Source: Setoptus koraiensis
Lineage: Eukaryota; Animalia; Arthropoda
Assembly: GCA_048013815.1 (NCBI GenBank)
Contig: CM106586.1
Location: 17,484,001-17,548,000, forward strand
DNA: 64,000 bases
Direction of reading: 5' to 3'
The notes below the pieces were generated by a model. The model had not been told where the DNA came from, did not search any database, and worked only from the letters and a program-made list of their open reading frames with translations. The position numbers were made by a program, and so were the translations under genes. How positions within the stretch are numbered: position 1 is the stretch's first letter; each line of letters begins with the position of its first letter. Below are positions 9,712 through 23,440 of this stretch, piece after piece.

Positions 9712-10969
9712 CCTAAAAGATTTAAGTGGATTCTAGCAAGCAATAAAAAAATAATGATAATATACTAATAATAATAATATACAAGTTTCGGTGAGTTTGC
9801 GTTTGAGCGATTGACGAAGACAATCACATGTTCTCTATTTACTCTGTTCTTCGTCCATGTGCATTCTGAGGCATTCTTTGGCGTTGGATCGATTCAAGTT
9901 TCGCGCATAACTTTGCACAGAAGAAGTCGCATTCTGGCAACTCAACTTCGAGCGGCTGAACTTCGGCATGGAGAAAGCATCATTCGTTTGGGTATCATGC
10001 GCGTGAGTGTTTACATTGATTGGGCAATTATTGAACTGCCGACACGAGCCCGTGTACAGTTGTGTGCAGCGGAAAGAACACACCTTGTGTTGGATTTTCC
10101 TTCGAAAACAGATTCGTGAGGGAAGAGAAAAATAGCTGAAGCAACAACGGCGAAAGTATTGGGGTATTCTAGGCACTAACACCGATGTAAATAGATATCT
10201 TGCGACATCTATGATTGCCAGATGAACTACTGGTCGAGCTGTCAAGTTTACTAGCTATAATCAGTGTTGAGTTCCATTGAGCATTATATAAAGCTCAACT
10301 AGCGCGATCTTTTGCCGCAATGGGGCGCCGTTATTCACCTCGACTGCCATGGTTAAATCGGGTATCCGGAAGGTCTTTGGTCGCAATTCAAGTGACCACG
10401 AGAGCGCGCCTTTGTATACACCAAAGAGTGGTGATGACTGAAATACAAGGCGCCACTCTGCGCACGAACTCCGCAAACAGCCTCTCGAACTATAATATCC
10501 ACGCATGAATAACGCTTTGCGAGCGTAGTGATCCAGCGTTTCATTCGCTGGACCTCTCGATAGTCGATATTCACACTTCCTCGGGGGCAGCTATAACTAG
10601 CACTATGTCACATCGTACCATGCAGCACAACGGTGCACTGTGGCACAACATGAGCACAGTATAGCAGAAGCTTCTATATGGCCGTTGCAAGCGAATTCAT
10701 TCTTCTTTGGTGGAGCGCAAGGGGCGAGATTATGCAAAACCTTGCGCACCCTCGTGAGAGCCCCAATAGAATGCTCAGCTAAAAATCTAGCAAGCATATC
10801 TGCAGTTGGAAGTTCTATCACTTTTCAATAGCTATATCGTCATGATCGCCACCTCTCACCGAGTCAATTGTCCCACATTTACCGTTACTAACTTGCCCAG
10901 AGCTTCTATGTAGCCCGAATAGGGAGTTGGTTGGATGCATTATGCATATATATGCAAACCGTGTATACG

Positions 10970-10991
10970 CACACAAACACACACACTCACA

Positions 10992-11079
<88 letters not shown>
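10970..11079. repeat. (CA)n microsatellite, ~110 bp
   Basis: Direct reading. It is the source of the spurious HTHT/CVCV ORFs. Confidence 0.98.
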
Positions 11080-11081
<2 letters not shown>

Positions 11082-11638
11082 CAAGTTATTATTTTATATT
11101 ATGCTATTCGTGAACATTTATATACGAGTCGATGATGCTTACCTGTATTGATGTCGGAATCATATATTAACTGTCCAGCGAACAGACATTAAACACCATG
11201 CAAAATGAAACCAATCAATCGATCAGCCAATGGCCAGGGATAATTACATATATTGCTTCGTTTTCCAGACCATCTACATCGACTGGCATTCGCTAATTCA
11301 AGTAGACGTAGCAAACCACGAAAATATCTTATTGGTGCCTTCCATATTGGAAGAAGACACTTCACATTACGGCAATAACAACAGCAGACATTTCTCATGG
11401 CTTACCTAGCAATAACAACAACTTAATTATTGCTAAATACATCGCTTCAGATCAATAGTAGGTCAAATTGATTCCAGTAGACTATTGAATATCTTGGTCG
11501 GCAGCCCGTAATTATATTCATATTGCATCATATAATGTTTGCTAAACTACAATACTCCAATGATCATCATAAATATTTGAATTGTCAACAACATTATCAT
11601 TATCAATTGAGCATTAATAGTAGTACTCTGTTGTTGAG

Positions 11639-14383
11639 ATGTCACAAAATGAAATCAGAGATACTTCGTCAAAAACTTGCCCTAATCTAAATAAAGATGA
11701 TGAGAGTGAAGAAAATGAAGAGGAACAGCTCACTCACGAGTATATGGAATCTTATCTAGACAAGGCACAAAAAGACATACAAAGGCTCATAGAAAGATCC
11801 TCCTCAGGCGCCACTAATAGTAGTAGTTCAAGTAGTAGTAGTAGTAGTAGTATTATTAATAGGCAACAATTAAATAAAATCAATGAGTTACCCAACAGCT
11901 TCGGCAATCACAATGATGAAGATAGTGAGACAGGTGGTGAATCAATGTGGTCTTCCACTCGTGAACAACTAAGGGATCCTCCAATCAAAGAGCAATCTAT
12001 ATATACAACAACGACAACAGCATCATTGTTGAACGATTCCCCAGACACCATTCCAGCTTCCAATAAGCTTAACAAGGGTATCAAAGAGCCGAGTCGCTAT
12101 GCGACAACATCGCCCACATTTGATAATGGCAATATTATCAGACCTTCAAGTAGACGTACCAGTTTCAATAAATTAGCCTCAGGAAGTAAACTGCTGAGTG
12201 ATAGTAGAGACGAGCTTTATTATGAACACCCAATAATTAAATCTAGCTCGCCCACGGATACTTGTTCTAGTAAAATCTCCACTAAGCGTCATTATAATAG
12301 ACTACAGTCACCAATAGGCGGTACATCGTCGTCATCCAATGTCAGTGCAGCTTCAAATAAATTTAATGAAGGTGAGATTCTATCCAGAAGATTACAATCA
12401 TCGCCCGTCAGGTTAAATCCGGTTATGACTCAGCAACAACAACAGAAACATATAACTCATGGTAAATTAAATAGTCAAAAATATGATTCTGCTGCAGCTA
12501 GACGAGCGTCTCTAGGAACTAACACAGTGACTGATCAATTGACATCTGGTGCAATCAACAAATCTAAGGAATCTCTATCAGGTTTGCCGTCATTAGATTT
12601 TGATAAACTCAGGTTAAGCGGTAGTGATCTACACATAGCAAAATCCACGGCCTCTTCCAATCGTGTTAGCTCCAAGTCTGGTCAACCTATTTTATCCAGG
12701 ACATCGATTGGACAGTTCGCTAATCTAATATCGGGTTCAAATCAATCCAGTTCCTCAAGCACTATTAGCAAAGCAAATTTTTCATCTGCTTCAAACAAAA
12801 GTTCCCCTCTCAGAAGTCTGTCACCGGCTTCATCGGGATCTGGTTTCTTTGGTTTCGGACGCTCTTTTTTATCATTTGACAGTGGACACAAGAATGACAA
12901 CAACAATGGTTCTAGCGTAAATTTAAATGACAGACCCGCATCGATTGGCGATCAAAGTAGCAAAAAATATTCAGCCTATGCTTCCATAAAGGCTAGACGA
13001 TCAATTGCCTCACCTCTTGTATTTTCGACATCAATAGGAGGAATATTCTCAGGGAATAAACATTTTCAACAGCAATCATCGTTGAATTCAGCATCCTCTT
13101 CAAATGCGTCCCTCTCGGTTGATTCCATTCCTAATATTGTGGCCAAGCAACAAGATCTACTTCCAGAACAATCGACTTCAACTATAACTGCCTTAGTCAC
13201 AGCGGCAGTTGGCAGTAGGAATAGTTTTTATGAAAATGTTGATTACTACTCTTCAGTGTCGACAGATAGGAATATGGATAACTTAAATGAGTATGTTCAC
13301 CTGATTTGTTGAACTCCGACCAAAAACCTATATATGCTCACATATTCGAATCTAATTAAATTTGATTTTTTGTTTTATTTATCTCAATCTAGGTGTGATA
13401 TCAAAGGACTCAAAGCCGAATCTGGTGCTCATGGCCGTTCTATGTCCATAAGCAACGATGATGCCAGCTCTAGGTGGCCCTCTCAAAACGACAGAGCTAA
13501 ACTGCAACAATCCTGCACCGAGAGCAAACTCCATATATCTACTAAAGGTCATCTAGTCCCATTATTTGGTTGTGATATCAACTCGATTGAACTTCTGACA
13601 AAAGTCGGATTGACTCTACCACCTGTCGTTGATTCAGCAATGCAGCATATATTAACCAATGGTATAAACTCTGTCGGCATCTTCAGGAAGTCTGGAGTAA
13701 AATCTAGGATAATGAATTTGAGACAAAGGATTGAAGCTAATCAAGGGTTAAAATTTGAAAATTTAGAGCAAACAGAATTTTCTATCTACGATGTCGCTGA
13801 TTTAATCAAAATGTGGTTTCGAGAACTTAAACCTAGTCCCATATTAACAAGAGAGCTCATTAGGCTGATATCCTCAAACATTGCCTTGATTAAGAGCCAA
13901 AAGCAAATCAATTCTTCTTTCAGTGAAGCGTCTACATGCAATACATCATCATCTTCCTCGTCATTGTTATCGTCATTACCACCCTCTTCAACTTGCAAGC
14001 AATCTTTTAATTTGAGAAATCATTATAGCGACCTTAGTCAACGCATAAACGGGCTAATCACCTCAACTCATCGGGCCATACTTATTCGAGTGCTGAAATT
14101 CTTTTCAAGGATTTCATCCAAGTGCGAAACCAATCAAATGACTGCTCAGAATCTCGCCATTTGTCTGACGCCTTCTTTGTGCTATACAGAAGCTGACCAG
14201 CAATCTATATTGATGGCACAAAAGGCGTTAGAATATTGTATTAATAATTACGAGAGTCTGTTCATGATTAAGCCAGCTATCTATAGCAATCAAAGAAGTA
14301 ACAGTCTCATTGATAGCAGCTTGGCCGCCAGAAATGCAGAAACAGTGTTAGAAATGCCCAACGCACAACCAAAGGTGGATTAG
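11639..14383 (+). CDS. cv-c: RhoGAP of the DLC1/STARD13/crossveinless-c family; exons 11639-13290 and 13393-14383 (~880 aa)
   Basis: GAP domain motifs VGIFRKSGVKSRI (Arg finger), YDVADLIKMWFREL and NQMTAQNLAICLTPSL match the DLC family. A 102-nt GTATGT...TAG intron (13291-13392) joins the two ORFs in phase 2 (LNE|CDIK). The N-terminus is long, Ser-rich and disordered. Confidence 0.8.
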
Positions 14384-16654
14384 CACGAAAAAACCAAAAC
14401 TAAGATTAGGCAAATTAAGTAGATAATATTATTATTAATTATTTATATTCATTATCTGGACAGATAGATTAATGAAATTCCAGTGATCATCGTCATCTCT
14501 CGTACACATTAATGACACAATCATATTTAACTAATTAGAATCTGAAGATTGCACGAAAAATAGTAGCTGTTATGGTTTATTGCACTATAACTCAATTCAT
14601 TATTATTATAATATGCATCATCAAAATAGATTCCATATCAAAATTTTACGTGTATGTTATCATTATTAACACATTCCGCGAACCTACTGGAGTTCTAGTC
14701 GTAGTGATACAAACTTTTTTTTTAACTAACAATATACGAGTAATATTTAACATATTAACATCATAGGGTTAGAAAAACTAGCGTTATTGACCTGATCTAC
14801 AAAATGTTAGAGACTGATCAACACTTTCCAAGATTCTTTCAAAAGAGTAGCTACATCACCAGTAGTGCACTACCCACAATCCTTTATTTTAACTTGGTCT
14901 CTCATATACCGGTATCAGTAGACTGGTTATGAAACATTATCATCAGTTTAATAGCCGGTGATGATAATTTTTACACAATCAACATATTAAATCATAGAAC
15001 GGAGAACTGCTTGCTGACATGTCCGACTAGGGGGATATCAAAACAATTGATTGTAGTACCAATAAGAAAAAGTACTGATTATATGCATCAGTATCTATAG
15101 TTATTATGAATATATCGACAAACTATACGATTTCATATTTATCTACGAGAAGATTTATATTGTTTTGTAGCATTCAACTTGACAAACAACTCCAGCCTTT
15201 GTTTTAGTAGCATCATGATGACGTCAACTTGATCACTAGGTGACAAAATGTGAGCCGGAAGTAATCCACTCTTATCTTAGTCTAGAGATTTGTCGTAAGG
15301 TGTTCACTCGTGCAATCCTTCTAAGATCAGATACCTTGAACTTTATTGTTTCGGTTGTTCAGGGTGAAAAATGTTCACTAGTTACATTGGTTCCGTCATA
15401 TGCGAATAGTTTCTTCCCGGCGTCCACATGTGCTACTTCGCATTCAATGAAAGAACTAAAATTCTTTTCTCACTAAGAAGTAATTTTTTCATAGCAGAGA
15501 GATAGATCTCGTGTGACAATGATGGATGATTAACTTGTATATTGTCATCAAAGGAATGTTGACAACATACAGTCAAAATGGATATAATATTAATCGTTGC
15601 AAAAGATTCGTTGTCGCAACCCCTGTGACCAAGCAACAACAAACATAGGGAACCCCGTTTGTTTGCTGTTGATAACAAAAGAAACTTCAGTTCAATGTTA
15701 GCGCATCAATACCCTGTAAGACTAATCTGAATATTTTGAATAAATAACTGATGTCTGTTAGGTACTAGCCAATTCGACATGCCTTGTTATCCAAAAGGTC
15801 CCCGCTCTTTGTCTTCTCATCATACAGAGGCTCCGAAAGTGAGCGCTAAACAAAAGCCATCCTAATCTATACTGTTGTGCGACTATGAATTTGTTATACT
15901 TCATGTTTTAATGGTCTTAATTTGCAGTGAAGCCTAGCATGAATCTGTCTGTATTTTTCTGCTTGTGACTCTCGGCAGCCGTTCTATCTATCTCGCGGCT
16001 GTTGTCTCACTTCCTCTACTGTCGCTATGTTTGCTGCATTATTACATAACGCAACTATAATTCAAGTATAATGAGGAGTTGTTTGAACTATTCATGTCTT
16101 GCGTCCTTTATTCTAGTGTAAAAATGCCGCCTAATTAAGTTGGTTCGATGAGATATGTCATTATATTAGCGAGTAAGGTACTTAGCTCGTCTAGGATCTC
16201 TCTTCGCTCTTCTTTCATTGCTCACTGCTCATCATCATGGTTCTAACCATCCGTGATTGAGAAGCTTAAAACTTAATCCATGTAACATGAATTGTTTGTG
16301 TGAATTGAAGTGTTTTAAAGTCACACAAACAGCTTGTCTTGTCGTTGCTCTTCTTCTATTCTTCTCTTGGTAGTGGCTAATCGGCGAATGCTGAAGAAAC
16401 TCAAACTAGCTAAATGGTGTTGAAAGCTGGTTGATCACTTTCGGGGACGATGCCTCTGCTATTTCGAAGAAGCTCTTCTTCTCCTCCATTAGATTATGTG
16501 ACAACAATCTGTAATTTTAAAGTATTTTAAGCAACGACTAAACAAAGTAGTGGATAGCCACACACACACACACACACACACATTTGGGCGAGCAAAGACA
16601 ATTAGCAACTAGCTGGAGTCATGGAGACAGCGAGAGCGAGATGGATATATATAA

Positions 16655-16700
<46 letters not shown>

Positions 16701-17499
16701 AGTGATTTCGGTGATTTCAAAGAAAAGTGAAATGGAATGGCGCTCGAGCGTCTCTAGACAAACAATCTCATTTAAAATATTAGAAGCGAGCGAGCTGGCA
16801 AACAGTAACAATAATAATTAATAATGTGTCCCATGCGAACAGCAGTATTTATTTATACGTATATATCTATCTGTCTATGTATCGAGCCAGCGCAACGATA
16901 CGCGACATCATCTATTTGACAGGCAACAACATTATCACCAGTTGGCGAGTCTCACTTATTTTATCGCCACCACAACCACATTGGAAGATTGATGACTGTA
17001 TTATAATTGTAATTATTATTATTATTACTGCTGTATAATGCTATAGCTGCAGTATACTGTTTATCTATATAGCATTATACAGCAGCAGCAGCATATATAC
17101 AGAGACGGCGGCAAATATCCGATCTCTTGCGCTGCTCATTTGCAGCCAGTGAGAGTCTAGTGAGAGAAAGCGATTGCGCAATATGGCCGCTGTTATCCGC
17201 AAGACTCTATGATTTTATGTATGTTTATGCCTGAAGTAGCGCCGAGCTGACGCTGTTATGTAATCGAGCGCGATGAAATAATAGTGAGCCAACAATGTTT
17301 GACGTATCAAACACACATTGAATATATTAGAGACTATAATATATTGTGTTTTTGTTGTTTGTGCCTTATTAGACACACAGATTATGCCGCATGTATACAC
17401 AGGCAAGATTGGCTTGTCGAGCGTGTGCTCTATTTATCCACGGTATCGCACACACCGAGAGAGAGAGTTACAATCATGATAATGATGATGAGATTTGGC

Positions 17500-17504
<5 letters not shown>

Positions 17505-17550
<46 letters not shown>
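17505..17550. repeat. (GA)n microsatellite
   Basis: Direct reading. Confidence 0.97.
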
Positions 17551-17553
<3 letters not shown>

Positions 17554-18593
17554 AGTGACAAGAATTGGAGCACTTCACTCATTTAGGACCGCTACCAGTG
17601 GCGGCGCAACAATAATAATAGTAATAATAATCATAATAGCTGGTATAGTCTGAGCATAATAGCTAATTGTGAGAATCACACACAACAAATTAATTATGAT
17701 AGCAGCCGATAGCGGTTGGCTCACAATGTCACTGGCACATCGAGTAGACAAAGTAAGTTGTTGCTGTTGTCATTAATATGCGATTGAATGTATAACGACA
17801 TTGTCTCTCCCCGCTAATAACTGGCACTGGCTGGCGCTTGTTATATAGTGTATCATGACTGTCATGGCGAAGGATTCGCAATCAATATGCCGCAAAAGTC
17901 AGCACACACACACACACAAATCTAATCGTGAGATGGCGCCATATTGAGATAATGATGAAACCATTTGATCTTATCAAGATCGAACGCATCATGGTGACAC
18001 GAAACGAAGCGCTGTGATTGCCTAACTGAGCGTACTGCTGTGTCGCCGTTGTGGTGGCACCAAGATTGTTGTGGTTGTATCGAGATTGTTGTCGTTGCTC
18101 GAATCTCGTTTGTTTCTCACCATTTCTTGGGAGCTCTTGTGAGTGAGGCGCTTGGGGTCTGCGTGCCTTTTTGACAGTGCGTTATCTATGTGGCATCACT
18201 GGCCTGTTTACTGGGGACGCCCAGTCGCCGCATTCTCTAATTTGCATGCTCGTATCACACGGATAATTGTTGTGTGTGTGTGTGACAAGAACGAGTAGAC
18301 AATAATTAGTCGAGAAAAGAAACAACAATTGCAGCATAAATAGCCCAAATCAAACAGATGAAGCGGCGAATCTTTATCTAGTTTATCTAGCCCAACGATC
18401 TCTCGACCGATCTCGTCTCATTATGACGCTCAATAATGGCTTGCAATGGCACACAATGATTACGACAATATTGGGACATGACAACAGGGCTAATTCCAAC
18501 TGAGCGCTGTCTATACACGCAGCAAAATTATCATGTAATTATCGTCAAGTTGTGTGAAACAGATTGTTGTCACCCGACGGCCGACCGCCAGTT

Positions 18594-18730
18594 GTTGGGC
18601 CATTGGGCCGTCGGGCCGTTGGGCCGTTGGGCGGTTGGGCCGTTGGGCCGTTGGGCCGTTGGGCCGTTGGGCCGTTGGGCCGTTGGGCCGTTGGGCCGTT
18701 GGGCCGTTGGGCCGTTGGGCCGTCGGGCCG
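18594..18730. repeat. 8-bp minisatellite (GTTGGGCC)n, ~17 units
   Basis: Direct reading. It produces the GRWAVGPL/RPNGPTAQ pseudo-ORFs. Confidence 0.95.
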
Positions 18731-19375
18731 GTCGCTGGTCACAGCAGCACGACCATCCATCGGCGATGAATAACAACTGGCCGCGCGCAACGGTTCAGTT
18801 GATATTAGTGGTGGAATTAATTAATTGTCGCGCTATCTGCAGCCATAATCTTTGTCAAACGAGCACAGACGAACAACACAAAACAATTAAACAACAACAA
18901 TGACATGAGCGCGACAAACAACAACAACAATTGCTTGCAAAATCCTACAGAATCTCGCAAAATCTTGCACAGTTGTTAAAGTGGCAAGCGGCTTGAGTGA
19001 CGCAAGTCGGCGCACAAACTGCACAAGTGCGGCCCTGATTACATCGACAAACAACAAGTATTGTCACATATGCAAATTAAACGAGCAGCGCCGGCGGCAG
19101 ATTAGCAACGAGCTGTCTTGTGACAGCGCCATTTGCATTTGTTGTGAATCCCAACGACGCTCTCATTAGATCCCATTTATTTATTCAACCAGCCAGCGCC
19201 ACTAACAGCAATTGCGACCGGCCACAATGGCCGCTCACAAGTTGCGACTGGCAACTTGTGATGACAAAGAGATTTATCTCGGTGCGTCCATCGCGCCAAC
19301 AACAACAATATTGCAAAAAATAAATTTGCAAAATCCGACCAAAATTATCTCTCACTCGCTGGCTTTGATTTTGCC

Positions 19376-19463
19376 GCTGACCGGCGGCCCACTGGCCAAA
19401 CGGCTGACCGGCGGCCCACTGGCCAAACGGCTGACCGGCGGCCCACTGGCCAAACGGCTGACC
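19376..19463. repeat. 27-bp tandem repeat x3 (gctgaccggcggcccactggccaaacg)
   Basis: Three perfect units plus a partial unit. Confidence 0.95.
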
Positions 19464-21183
19464 AGTGGCCGAAACCGGACCCATCAATCACGGCCGCGCA
19501 GCGATATGGGCCGGTTCACGTCTCATTAGAGCTGGCGGCATCCCATTGAATGGCGACTGAAATTAACTCTCTAATAGAGACTAACCTATTGCGACAATAT
19601 TGTGGTGTGATGGCGAAATTTGAAATTTGCATTAATGTCCGGCCAAACGTTAATTTGAGCTTCGCCTCAGTCAATTCGAAACCAATTTGGCCAAATCGAG
19701 CAAGCATGTATTGACCACACTAGCCCGTATTGGCCGTATCGTGCAAATTGGCCGACCAGAGTGGTCATCTATATGTGTCGCCAGGCCAGCACAGCCGGCG
19801 TGCCTATACTCGCGAATTGCTTGTCAGTATGGCATTCGCTGGTCAGTGCAGTGTGGCGTATTGCGTAATTATATTATATTGTGCATTATATTACATTATG
19901 TTGTATTGACCAATGATCGCTATTTGCGCGGCCATTGTTGTCATTGTTGGCCAGCGTGATTGTGTGGCCGAACAATCACGCCGGCCAATCGCTTGCCGTG
20001 CGCGCTCGCCAGTATTTATAGCGAGCCAGTTTACCTGGCCAGTTGTTGTTGTTGTTGTTGTTGTTGTTGTTGCTGGTGCTGTTGCTGTTGCTGTATCAAT
20101 GATACAGCATCATTCGGCCAGATCATTGAGCTCAATTATTGCGCAACAATCAATCGATTGTTGCTTAGGTCATCGATTGTCTCTGGCTCTTTGTTGTTTG
20201 TCGAAATGTGGCTGTGATATTTGATTGAATCACATTGATCACATCACACAGACCCAAATCGATGTCTATTATTATCGACACAATAACGCATTTATTGCGC
20301 TGCCAAATGGCCGTTGATGCAAATGCAATTGGCCGGCACTTGTCCGACATTGTCGTGTGTGATCGCACTGATCGACTGCAGTGATAGATCGAGCCAGCCT
20401 ATATCGAGTGGATATTATCGAGATATCGAGACAAGTGGCAGTTTGTATTGTTGTTGTCGTTGTTGCTGTTGCTGTTGCTGCTGCTGCTGCTGTTGCTGTT
20501 ATTGTTATTGGATTGGGCAGAGTGGTTGGCATCGATGTGAGTCGATCAGCGCCGACAGGCCAATACCGGCGAGCGCTGTCTAATGAAGCATCGGAACGGA
20601 CGATTAAATTAGTTATGCATGCCAGCGGGCGCGTATCACTGCCAGCGCATGATACTATATTGTGCCATTGACCACCTACCGAGCAGCCAACAACCGACGG
20701 CGCAGCAACGACAACGACAATAACGACAACAGCGACAACGACGACAACGACGACAACGACGACAACGACGACAACGACGACAACGACGACAACAATAACA
20801 ACAATGGCGCAATCACTGATCAGTGGACGCATCTATAATTGCTGTGCGATGGTGTGAACAACCATTGGTGTCATTTCAATTGCAACAGTGACATTAGACA
20901 ATTGCCAGCCAATTCGGTCGGTCAGTGTTATGTAACTCGCTTGTCACTGGCTCTCACTGGCTACAAACTGGCCGCATTGTGCAAATTGTGTGCCTATTCG
21001 AGCCGATAAGTCGCCATCAATGGCGCACAGTGGTCGTGACAGCGCCACTTGCGACACACAATCACGACGACAACACAGTTCGTGTGTGTGTGCTCTACTA
21101 TTACGCAACCACTCACCTGTAATTGTGTTGCGCAACCATTTTGCCTAATGTGTGTGATCTGTCTGCGTCGTTGTCTCGGGCAG

Positions 21184-21218
<35 letters not shown>

Positions 21219-23370
21219 CGGCCATGTTGCATAATGATGGCACTCATCAAATTAGCGCCAGTTTAGCGCCACCGGCGGGCCGCCTAGCCTGCGCTGCGGT
21301 TGTTTGGACTGGGCCGATCGCATGCACAGGCCGCCGGTACAGTTATTTTCGGGCCGGCCCGTGGCCGCTCGACCGCTGACAGCGGACAGCTGGATCGGGC
21401 CGGCCGAGCGATGCGAGCCAGGCGCTGATGCGAGCCGGCAGCAGCAGCACAAACGTTGCCCCTCCCTGCCCCGTTTGGCCGTCTATCTGGGCGCTCGAGC
21501 GGCCAGCCTTGGGGTACTTGACGACGGTTGGGCAATTGACGACGGTCGGGTAATTGACGACGGTCGGGTAATTGACGACGGGACCAGACTGGCAATTGAC
21601 ATTGATCTGATTGACTGGCCACCACCCAAGCGTCGGGCCACAATCGGCGCCACCAGACGCATATTCATATGTGAACTTCCTCGTTGTTTGGTGTGAGTGT
21701 GAGCGGCAAATTATTGGAGCCAGTAGCCGGACGATAATGGATAATAATAGAATCGCATCACTTGACGACGATTGTTGCATTGTTTTGCTGCTGCTGCTGC
21801 TGCCGTTGTCGCCGCTGTTGTTGGTGTCGCTGTCGTCGCGGTTGTTGCTGTTGTTGTTGTTGTGCAAATCAAGCAACTGACAGATAGACAGACATAACAG
21901 ACTGACTGGCTGGCCATCACAAACACAAAGTGACAGGCCACATATAGGCAGGCTGGCTGGCTGGCTGGTCACCTGATTTGGTTGAATTGGCCGAATTGGT
22001 GGAAATTGGCCGAGTCGGCCACAAATTGAATTGGGCGCAAGGTGGTGGTGGTGTGCCATTGTTGTTAGTAGTGGCTGCTGGTGTGATAATAGCGGCCATC
22101 GTGACAACAAACATGACACAAACATGGCGTAAACATGGGTGCCACAATTGTGTCGCACTTGGTTGCCTCTGTCAGCTAAATGTCCACTTTTGGCCGCACT
22201 GATACTGGCTGATATTGGCCGGTGTATCGTTGTGTTGGTTGGCATATTTAGTTGTTGTTGTCGCTGCTGTTGAATGTGTCTCATTGGACACGCGCTACTT
22301 TTAACTGACCACTGTCGTTGAAGAATCCAACAAGTTGTAACAAGCAGCAACAGCAGCAGCAGCGAGCAAAGAATGGATTATCGCCGATTCGATTAGGCAC
22401 ACTGCAATATACGTTGCATTTTATATTATATATATTTTATATTGTATATATTTTATATTAGGGCCGCGCATATTGGGCATGAGAAGGCACGGACACAAAA
22501 CATGAAATAATAAGCTGTTGTTTGTTGACTGGTGGCCAGTTGCAGCGCCTCTGCCCGGCGATCAGGCAAACGATACACTCTGATGGACACACACGCCAAA
22601 TAGGCCATTATGGCCACGGACAGCAGCACCAACAGCAACAACATCGGCAACAACAACAGCGCCAGCAACGCCAACAGCAGCAGCGGCAACAAGTGGTAGT
22701 TGGCGGGGTGGTCTCATTTAGTTGGGCGCCCAACGCTGGCAATTATATCACGATTTTGACAATTGACGATGAAAAGTTCAAGTTGCTGATGTACAGCAAT
22801 GTTGTTACTAGTAATAGCGCATCGATTGGTGTGAGAACACACACATTGCAACATGACAGGTGAGACAGGCAGCCCGTAAATATAAATGTATATATATTTG
22901 CAGCGAGGCGAGCGGCAAAAAAAGTGAACAAAACTTGACACAACATCTCTCCACAATGGCGCTCTAATCAGAGGTTGTCTTGCCATCAATTATGTTGGCT
23001 CGAGTGCCACTCATTTCAATACGGCCTCCGCTGTCTGTGCGGCCGCTGTCGTATGAGATACAATGCAATTTGCAAGCAAATTTGGCAAGTTTGTATGACA
23101 GAGGCGCACAAAAAAAGGTGAAGATTACCACTTAGAGATAGGCTCGCATACGGTGCATAACTATGTCCACCTAACTATGTCCACCTAACTATGTCCACCG
23201 GGCTGCTCTCTCGTGCTGTCGCACCACTGACCCACGGTATCACTGATACCGCGATGATGGCGGTATCATTGGTCATGATATCGCCATCATGGCGACACGA
23301 TGATACCGCGACACGCTGGTACTAGCACCGTAGTGTCAAACAGAGTCGCATCAAATTAAATCCACGTTTG

Positions 23371-23440
23371 TCCACGCGTGAATAATGGTCCCAAGTGAAT
23401 AGTGGTCCACGCGTGAATAATGGTCCACGCGTGAATAGTG
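23371..23440. promoter_or_regulatory. Three palindromic CACGCGTG sites in ~18-bp tandem units upstream of Lbx
   Basis: CACGCGTG at 23373, 23408 and 23426. CACGCG is the Hairy/E(spl) class C site; function is inferred. Confidence 0.35.

Noticed and set aside
7555-9736. Plus-strand ORFs antisense to DHX16 (and their echoes at 49202-50785)
   Set aside because: They are shadow frames of a real coding strand and recur in the pseudogene only because the DNA is duplicated.
10368-10376. GGAAGGTCT resembling RNase P RNA CR-I
   Set aside because: No CR-V partner (..CAGAC/AAGAC) was found downstream to close helix P4.
10818-11151. ORFs of CVCV/HTHT type (also at 51764-52166 and 54823-55106)
   Set aside because: Translations of (CA)n microsatellites.
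15270-15460. Minus-strand frame VAHVDAGKK... with an in-frame TGA (15359-15361), hinting at a GTPase P-loop or UGA readthrough
   Set aside because: The motif lacks the K(S/T) end and any downstream G-motifs, the frame is closed by stops on both sides, and no SECIS is evident.
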